In this document: positions 1 to 9,700 of the stretch, one piece after another | Layout: each line of letters opens with the position of its first letter | Position numbering within the stretch: position 1 is the stretch's first letter | Source: Candidatus Aenigmatarchaeota archaeon | GTDB lineage: Archaea > Aenigmatarchaeota > Aenigmatarchaeia > QMZP01 > QMZT01 | NCBI GenBank assembly: GCA_016932735.1 | Contig: JAFGCI010000001.1 | Span: 132,183 to 196,182 of the forward strand | Direction: 5' to 3' | DNA length: 64,000 bases | Translations under genes and position numbers: made by a program | The notes under the pieces: model-generated | What the model was told of the DNA's origin: nothing | The model's database searches: none | What the model saw: the letters and a program-made list of their open reading frames with translations, nothing else

Positions 1-469
1 CATCACCGGCCGGATCGGATACGTACGAAACTTTCTTTGAAACGAAGCTGTAGATTCCGAAAATCTTGGCTGCTACCGAATTAGGGTTCCTGAATTTGGA
101 TACTGAAGCAACTGCAAGATTCCTGACGGACGCGGGATCCATCTTCTCTTTGAAAAGATCAGACGAATATATCGGAATCTTTTTCGCATGCTCGATAAAT
201 ACAGGAGAGAAGGTTATGCTCTTCTCAACATTGGGCGTTATGTTCCAGAAGCATGTCCATCTCTTTGAAAAGCTTACAGGGGAAACGCAGTTGCAGAATC
301 CATCCTTTATGAACCCTGTCTTTCCATCCTCCAGGCAGAGCGTTTTGCATTGCTCTGCCGTATCCGTTGTCGCGAGTATGAGCGAGTCTTCTATGTATTT
401 CAGTTCATACGCAAGCAGTATGAATAGAACAATGATTATTAAAATCAGAAAAATTGTCCGTTTGCGCAT
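1..469 (-). CDS. Partial membrane-anchored protein, probable transglutaminase-like (papain-fold) family; runs off the left edge
   Basis: Not in the ORF track. Manual translation from ATG 469 (GGTGA SD upstream): MRKRTIFLILIIIVLFILLAY (TM), a small Cys-rich segment, then ...VRNLAVASV...KIFGIYSFVSKKVSYVSDPAGD. The last part matches the helix plus YxSDP segment preceding the GDC catalytic motif of archaeal TGase-like proteins. The catalytic motif itself is outside the window. Confidence 0.65.
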   Translation of the reverse strand, partial: MRKRTIFLILIIIVLFILLAYELKYIEDSLILATTDTAEQCKTLCLEDGKTGFIKDGFCNCVSPVSFSKRWTCFWNITPNVEKSITFSPVFIEHAKKIPIYSSDLFKEKMDPASVRNLAVASVSKFRNPNSVAAKIFGIYSFVSKKVSYVSDPAGD

Positions 470-713
470 ATATAATCACCGACATAACAATTTAGAAAAT
501 GTCGTTGAAATATAGTGAACGACCGGATTCTAAAAAGTTATGCCATTCACTATAGAATATATTATGCCCGTTTAACTAATAAAAAATCAAATTTCACGGA
601 ATCTGCCCTTTATGTCTTTGATTATTTTCGAAAAAAGCTTTTATTGAATAATTAATAAATATAATCTATGCCAGCCATGCTCATGTCGTGGTTTTAGGCT
701 TTTTGGGTATATT

Positions 714-3700
714 ATGGCGGGGGACAGGTTCTTGTACAGGAAAAATATTCTTCTTTTAACAACGTTAGTCGCTTTTGCTTTGTCGTTCGCCTTCATGGCG
801 CAGGCTTTCGATTTGGAAGGAGCCTATTTCATCACAGCCGAACAGCCGAAGAATTCCGATGGATTGGGATTCTTCAGGATAGGGACTCCGCTCGACGCGG
901 ACGTCAACATAAGCTTCAGCTACCCGATACCGCTCAGCCCTGGAGAGGCGGATCTGACAGCTGTTGTATACAAACCAACGAACATATTCACGAACATGGA
1001 ACTGCCATGTTCTTTGAATTCACAGACTGGGTATTATCCAGTCAATGTCCAGCACAGATACTATGTCCCACAAGATGTGTGGTATCAGTATTATAGAGCT
1101 GGTGGAAGATTCAATTACCAATCGAGTGCATGTATAAATGGATTGGTCCATGTGTTTACAGAACCCTTTGAAATGAACACAATATCCCTCGGCGACATAA
1201 TCAAGGCAGGCGACATCAACGGCAACCAGATTGTCTCCGGCAACCCGCCGACATACGACTTCAAGGAGTATTTCTTCGACTTCACCCTGAACCTCACATA
1301 CGACAACGTAAGCGAGGAGGGAATCGACTTCAAGTACAATTACACGAGGGATATAGAAAAGACAGAAATGAGTAATACGGACGACTTGGAAGTGGCTTTG
1401 CCTACCGGAGACAATAAATATCATTTTGAAGACTATGATAACTATGTCGAGTATAGAAATTTATTAGCACCCCCCAAAATAGTTTATCATGATACCGACG
1501 ACGGGGATTCAAATGAAGTATTTGATTCTGAAATATATGTATACTCAGAAACAGTGAAAGCTGTCACTTTTTATGTTAGAGGTTATAATGATGACTCAAC
1601 TATAGACGACAAAGCCGCAATAAACATATATCAGGCAGGAAATCCTACCGCATTGAGCAGTTCTGGTTGGAAGGAGCACAGTCCTTTCTATCACAGTTTC
1701 ACATTCCTGCCCGGAATCGAATACAGAGTCCAGTTCAGGCTGAAAAATAGAGCCGATCATGATAACGAACATGCACATTTTGAAGTTCAGATATCCAGCC
1801 CTTCCATAACAAACCATAACCAAATATGGAGTGTCATAAATTCGGGAATTTTCAATGTTGATATAAATCAGGAATTCTGGAAGATTACCCAGCGCCAAGG
1901 CATATTTGATGCAAACAATAACCAGCGGCTTGATAATTATTGTTCGGGGCCTCAGGATTTTTATGTAAAGGCCGCTACCGGTATTAAATCTGAAAGTTGT
2001 GACGGAACGGATGTCGTCATAACAGCAACCAATCAGGCCGGAGATTCAGACGATAAAGTGGCTCATATAGCAAATGGAGGATTTTTATTCTTTAAACAGG
2101 ACGATATGAACGATACAAGCTATCATTTCGAAACTGTCGTAAGAACAGGAAAAGCCCTTGAAATAGAATTTGCTGTCATGGTAAATTACGGAGTTTCGGT
2201 TTATGTTGACGGCGACCTTTCCAAGGGATTCAGGATAGGATGTCCTTCCGCTGAAGACTGTGCTAACCAGAACTACTATACACCGTCAGAAAAGCTAAAC
2301 ATACCGGCCGGTTATCACAAGATTGATATCTACCTTTTCTGCAAGGACGGGCAGAAATGTTTCCTTGAGATGAAAGCCATAGAGAAAAATGGAAACGCGC
2401 CGGAGATATTTTTCAAGGATAATTTTGATGAGATAGGAAAACCCGTCGACAGCAATCTTGAAAAAAACCCAATCGAAGCAAATTCCGGACAGGCCGTCAC
2501 ATTCTCAACCGAAGACGGGCTTGTCGATGTTGAAAGGAAAGAGCCTGTTTATTTTGAATCAGGCCTTTACAAGGATCTTGAGCCTGTCAAAGCTGATAAT
2601 GTCGATGAAGCAGATGACAGGATCCAGCTTTCAATGAGGCTTGCATGCGGCGAGCAGATTTACCAGCCGTGCAGGGACTTCGGAAAATGGGGTGCCTGCA
2701 CCACCGATAACAACGGCTGGATAAGGAACAGGATACTCCATGAGAATTACGCCGATTACGAATTGGTGGAAGACGATAACGGGGACTATACAATAGCCAA
2801 ATTCACAATAGAGCCCTTTGACCATCACAGCCTTGATTATACCAACAATGCAAATGCACCGAACCAGCCGGGGCAGCATAACAGGACAGCTTACGGCGGT
2901 GAATACATCGGCGGAATATACGAGTGCAAGATGAACTGGCCGAACTACGAGACTGAATGCCCGGACCCCACCTACCAGTACAGCTTCAGCGGCTTTGAGT
3001 GCTGCTACCAGAAATACACAGAGGCTGACAATAAGCCGACAGGCCCTGTCTGGTGGTCCGGAATATCCAAGGATCCCGATACTGGAGAGCAGGTGGGAAC
3101 AATCCATATAAGGGACTTCAAGGAATCCACCCAGACGTCGGGGGAAGCCGTCATTTACATTGTCAATTATCTTCCATATGGAGGCTACACTTCAAAACTC
3201 GATGCAGAGTACATGAACTTCTCCATGTTCGACGAGCGCCCGAAATTGTGCGCGTATGTAACCAAGAAGGTGTCCCTTCCGCATGAATATCTCATAACTT
3301 TCAACAACACACATACATGCAATAAGGTGTCAGCGACGGGAGACTGCTGCTACTGCGACCCCAACTCGGTCTGCACGCTGAACTGCAAGAACAGGGAAGA
3401 CATAACGGACATGTATTATGCTACCTCCCTGATAACGGCGAACAGCCTGAGGGCGTCGAGCTTCAACCTCCCCTTCACGACAATGGGAAGCGGATGGTAT
3501 CTTGAGAACATAAACGTCTCCGTAATAGTCGACAGCGATACGGGAAGCAACGTGTCCGTTTCCGTGGAAAATACGAGCGCCACGAGATGGAAGACGACAG
3601 CGGAAATGAAAGAAGGCTCGCAGAGGCTCCTTCAGGAAGGAAACTACACCGTTTCCGTCAATCTTCACCACGATTTCGGCTTCAATGTCTCCGACGACAA

Positions 3701-6700
3701 TCCGGGGACATATTACGTAAACTTCACCCTGGATTACATCAATTTCAGCAAGAGGACTTATTCAGACGCCGAATTTGATTTCGGCAGCAATGAGATGGGG
3801 AACAGCTCATGGGAAATATACCTGAACCAGTACAATCAGGACGACTACCCCTCAAGCGTCAGGGACCAGTATGTCTCCTACTCTCCCCTCAAACCGCAGG
3901 AGATTGACGTTAAGAAGATATCGTTCTCGGGAGAGTCGGGAAGCATAGTCGATTACGGGAAGAGGATAAGCTTCAGAGCGCCTCCCAAGAACCAATATGA
4001 ATGTGAGACAGCCGCAGAGTTCGCGGCTTATTGTACAACATGCAGTGGAACATCAACGCGGGGTCACTGGGACGGCACGAAATGTGTATGTAGTTATCCT
4101 TCCGAATCAGAAAAAGGCATTTGTTTTGAAGTTGATGTACAAGCTGGGTGTAATTCTAATTGTTGTGTATGCCCAGAATCATTTAATAATCCGGTGATAT
4201 ATTGGAATCGTAATGTATGCCAATGCACCGAGTCTAGGGCAGATAACAAACCGCCAACAATAACAATATTAAATGAATCTGGAAGCACAATAAATGATAA
4301 CACGGCAACTATTAAAGGCACGGCATACGACTTAGGAGGGCTTGCAGATATTAGAATTTCTATTGAATCTACAGAACAACGACAAATTGCAACTCTTAAT
4401 GACTTGGAAGAAGGCGAATATGAATGGGAAGCGGAGTTATCGTTCTCATATCCGGCTACATATACCGTTTCAGCTACAGCAACCGATTTGGGACGCAATA
4501 CAAATAGTGTTTCAATCACAATAACAGTTTCGGACACCGCCTTCCCTCCGACAATAACAATAAACGCGCCTGAAGAAGGGCATGAATTCTTCACGACAAC
4601 AACCAAAGTGAATCTTGAAATATCAACAAACAGGGACGCTTTATGCAGGTACTCTACCAGCGATTTGGGTTATGATGAGATGGAGCCGACACAAAACTTC
4701 ACAGAGGAGAATCCTACAACAAACTTCAAAGCAGAAGTGCCTGTCTACTCGAACCAGAGATATACATACTATTTTGCATGCACTGACGGAACAAAAAGCC
4801 ACACATCAGCAGACAATTCGCAGGTTTCCTTTGATGTTCTCGGGGTTGGAGGCAGAGAGCCAATCGACTTGGAATGTTCCGAAGAAATTGTTGATGAAAG
4901 CACATGCACTGTGGACAAGTGCAACTGCGGGCCTGACGGCGGGATACCAATCTGGAACGCGCACAGGGGTTGCATCTGCACCAAATGGGACAATGTCTGC
5001 AGGGACGTGACCGACTGCAAAGAAGACAGGAACGGCGGGCCTAACCAATACCGCTACTGCGACACGGAATACAATATGTGCTATGACAATGAATACACTT
5101 CCTCGAACCTTAAGCTTGCCGGAGGCACGGAGCCTCGGAACAACATTAATTTCACGGCTTCCGAATGCACGGTAATAGGCTCCGAGACGAGGTTCATCTA
5201 TGACTGGAAAAGTCATCCCGGAACTTACGACGATTTCGGAGCATGCGCATCCGACGGGACCTGTCCGGACGGCGGCATCTGCGCATTTGTGAATGAAATA
5301 GAAAGCAGGTGCATCCTTCCGAGGGGCGGGTGCTCCCTCGGTTTGCAGGTGTGCGGCCCCGGCTACAGATGGCTTTATGCGGAGAGCGAGGAGGAGCCCG
5401 TGTACAACAAGCCAGAAACCTGCAACCGAATTGACGACGACTGCAACGGCTGGATTGACGATACTGTCAACTTCACCACAATGTTCAAGATATCCCTCGA
5501 GCTTGCCGGAAGCGGAATAGGAAGGAGCCCGCAGGAAATCACGCAGTGCCAGTGCTTCAACGGGCTTCCCCCTGAAGAGGAAGTCTGCGATTCCATAGAC
5601 AACGACTGCGACGGAATCATAGACAACGACGTAAAATACGTCCTCAGGAACAACTGCACAGAAGAGGTCTTGACGATTATTGATATAGGCAACCCTCCCA
5701 CAGGATACAGCCTTTATGATTTTGCCTACAACAAATATTACAGCGATGAGTGCACCATTACAAACGAAACAATACGTGAAACCCAGAACCTGACTGTCAA
5801 CCCCTGCACTGACGAGGTTTATGAATGCATGCAGCTTGGCAAATATCACACAGAAATAATTTATAACAACGACACAGATGAATATGAATTTCCTTATAGA
5901 TTTGAAGATTGCACTACACAATTATGCCTTGATGGCTGTATAGAACATGGATATAGTTCGGTCCCCAACGATACAGCGCAACTTGAATGCGAAACCTATT
6001 TCGGTAGTGCCAGCGAATGCTGCTATAAGATGGGCTATAATACAAATCCGCCTATACCAGACAATGCTCTCCAGAATACATACGAATATTGCGCCGAGAA
6101 ATATTATAATCCTTACACATGCATCCCACTTGAAGAAGAGATGTACTATGTCCCCGGAGAATTATGCAATTGTGAATTCACTGGAACCATGTATGATTCA
6201 GGCGGAATAACACAAGAATATCTGGATTTCATAAAAAAGGTGGATTCAAACAACGAAAGCTATTGCTCATCTTACACACCTTTTAGCACCGAATGTTGTA
6301 ACGGCATAGACGACAACTGCGACGCGCTTCTGGACAACACGGAATATCCGGAATTGTGTGCATGTTACGGCATTGATAATACAACCATCAGAGACGAAAC
6401 GTGGACTATAAATGACATGAATTGTACAGGAAGGGACGAGAACTGTGACGGGACTATAAACGAGAACGCATTATTTTGTAATTGTACGCAAACATTAAAC
6501 CTTCCAAACGCTACGACAATAAAAGAAGCTTTGATTTCTGATGAAAGTTGTAACGGCATAGACGATAACTGCAATAATGAATATGATGAAGATTTCCCTG
6601 TCAACACCTCTTGCGGAGGAACCAATGTAAGCAGGTGTTATGGCGGAGTGTATGTGTGCAACGCTACGGGATATAATGCTGTTTGCAATACAACAGCAGA

Positions 6701-9700
6701 CATATCGGAAATAAATACAGATGAGGGATTTTTTGGTACAGCGACAGGTGCTGATCTTAGAATACCTGAAGTTTGTAGTGGGGAAGATAGTGACTGCAAC
6801 GGGACAGTCGATGACACTGCACATCCGGAGCTTTGCAACTGTTATAATTATGAAAACTTGTGGGAGATTCAGGACATATGGGAAAACAACACAGACGACA
6901 ACTGCAACGGAATAGACGACAACTGCAACATGAGAATAGACGATGAATCCTTCAGTTGCGCATGCACGAACAAGACAGAGTCAGAGGTTGTCCAGATAAA
7001 GACTGTCAACGAGACCTGCGACGGCATCGACAACAACTGCAACGGATTTGCAGACGAGACATATTCCGATATTGGAAAGATGTGCGGATTCGGCGCGTGC
7101 GCAAACGGCGTGATGGTATGCGATGTCTACGGAATGAGGACTGTCTGCAACACGACAGTCGATGCGGCAGACACTTACAGCGGAATCGCGCAGAGCTTCA
7201 TAAGCGACGAAGTGTGCGACCTTGTCGGCGACGAGGACTGCGACGGCTCAATAGACGAGGGATGCGCCTGCACCCCGCAGGGCATAAAGAAAATATGCGG
7301 ATACGCGTCTGAGCTCGTCTACAATAACAGGCAGCACATCGACAGCATTTGCAATGAGATAAGAAGCCAGCTAAGGAACATGGTATCCAAGTCTTCCTCT
7401 CCGGGAGACATGAAATACAGGAGAACAATCAAAATAAAGAACAGCAATAGTTATGTTGTTAAGGACTATCCGGTCAGGGTCGACCTTTCGGTAATAGGCT
7501 CGACAAAGATAAGAAGCGATTTCGGCGACGTCAGGGTTCAGGATGCAAGCGGAAATGAGCTTCCGTGGAGAAGGGACGGCGGTTCAATCGTGTTCAAATC
7601 GAGTCTCCTGAGCGCCGGAAACAACAAATATACATTATATTACGGAAGCCCTGTCAGGACATATTCCGAGAAGTCAATGACGGAAATATACGGGCTTGAA
7701 AGATATCAGGAGACATTCCTGATGTGCGACTTCAATTACAATACACAATGCAATAAGGGAAACATGGTTCCAAGGGCATCTGACGTTTCAGTATTCAGCA
7801 TCGGAAGATATGAAGCGGCCATGCTTTTCAATTCAACAAATCACACTCTGCGATACGCCTCATCCGCAAACATAAACCTCAACAGAGGAACAGTCGAGAT
7901 GTGGATAAAGACATCTTCTTCATCAGGGACTCTGTTCCATCTTCCTGCGGCTGCAGGTTCAATAAAGCTTGAGATAAATGCGGGAGCCGCTTCTCTGGCA
8001 AGAGACTCTTCTGTAATAGCAAGCGGCGGGTCGGTATCAGACGACCAATGGCATCATATAGTCGTTGGATGGGATAATCTCATTGGAATGAGCCTTTATG
8101 TTGATGGGAACAAAGTCGGAGGATCTGTAGTGGCATGGACTCCGAACAACATGGGAACCGATATATTCATAGGTTCCGAGCAGGGCGCTGCAAATTATTA
8201 TGCAGGTCTTATCGATGAGCTCAGAATTTCAAAGACAAAGCTGAGCGACGGCGAGGTAAAGGCAGATGCACGCCTGCTCGGAGGAAGCATCTCACCATCC
8301 CTTGCTAACGAAGAGGACATGGGAAGTGTCGGCGGCGGTTCCGGACAACTGACTGATTCAGAATTATATTATGAATGCCTGGAAAGGCTGGAGAATGCGG
8401 CAGGCGCTCCCGAGAACTCAGACAACGAGAACAGCATCCTTAGCCTGTGCTCATCAATGATAACATGCAACAGCGACTTCAGCATTGATTCTGCAAGCGT
8501 CTGCAGGGTCGGAGTCCAGAGCTGCAGCTCATCGGGATGGAGCGATTGTTCAGGAAACGTCGTCCCGCAGACAGAAGTTTGCAACAGGAGAGACGACGAT
8601 TGCAACGGTTTGACTGATGATTTCCTTTATGCACAGGATACATGTGCATGCTACAACGGGAACCCGCCGAACGGCCCCGAAGAGTGCAACGGTGTGGATG
8701 ACGACTGCAACGCCCAGGTTGATGACGGCTTCGGCGGCAGATGCGCCTGTTCAAGCGGCCAGAGAGCGCAGGGAGATGAGCCGAGGATATGCAATGGAAT
8801 AGACGACAACTGCAACGGGATAATTGATGAGAATGTATCCAACTGCGCCTGCGCGGACGCAACATTCGCTGAAATAAACCAAAGGGTTGGCACTGAGAGA
8901 TGCAACGGCATTGACGACGACTGCGACGGCGAGATAGACGAGGACTTCGCTAATGTGGGAAACACATGCGGGGGAGACCAGAACAGCGCCTGTTATGGCG
9001 GCTACTATATCTGCAAAGCGGACGGAACAGGGACAGTTTGTTCGACCACTACAGACGGAGTCCAGTTGCTGGGCAACCTTACCAGTATTGACCTGAGGAC
9101 AGATGAAACATGCAATGGAATAGATGACGACTGCGATGGTGAGAGAGACGAGAACATTCCTAGGTGTGCATGTGCTGACGGAGCCCAGAATACGGGCGGA
9201 TATGAACCGCAGGTCTGCAACGGAATAGACGACAACTGCAACGGACTTATAGATGAAGGAGTCCTGAAATGCCCGTGCGCAGACAAGACTCTTGAAGACG
9301 TTGAGAGCTTCATAACACCTGATTTGACATGCGATGATATTGATAATGACTGCAACGGGATTGTTGATGACCAGTATCCTCAGCTAGGAGAAGTATGTGG
9401 CGGCAACCCAAGGAGCGCATGTTATGGAGGCAAGTATGTATGCAGTATCGATGAGGTTTCAGTTGTCTGCAATACTATGACTCCGCCTGAAAATTCCTTC
9501 ACCGGAAAGACCATAGACAGAAGAAGTGAAGAGAGCTGCAACGGAATAGATGACGACTGCAATGATGTAATAGACGATCTGGCCGGCAGCAACTCAAACA
9601 GATATTGCGCCTGTTACAACGGAATGCGCCTTCCCGGGGAACTCGTGGAAAGATGCAACGGAATTGACGAGGACTGTGACGGCGTGATAGACAACAACGT

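Noticed and set aside
66-515. 149-aa plus-strand ORF
   Set aside because: Shadow of the minus-strand gene 1..469, which has an SD, a TM segment and family-like motifs
545-560. CACTATAGAATA resembling the SP6 promoter end
   Set aside because: Partial match only, no vector context; chance in an AT-rich spacer
4806-5921. 371-aa and other long antisense ORFs inside the giant gene, EF-2, PINA and r-protein genes
   Set aside because: Antisense shadows caused by codon bias of the sense gene; no motifs
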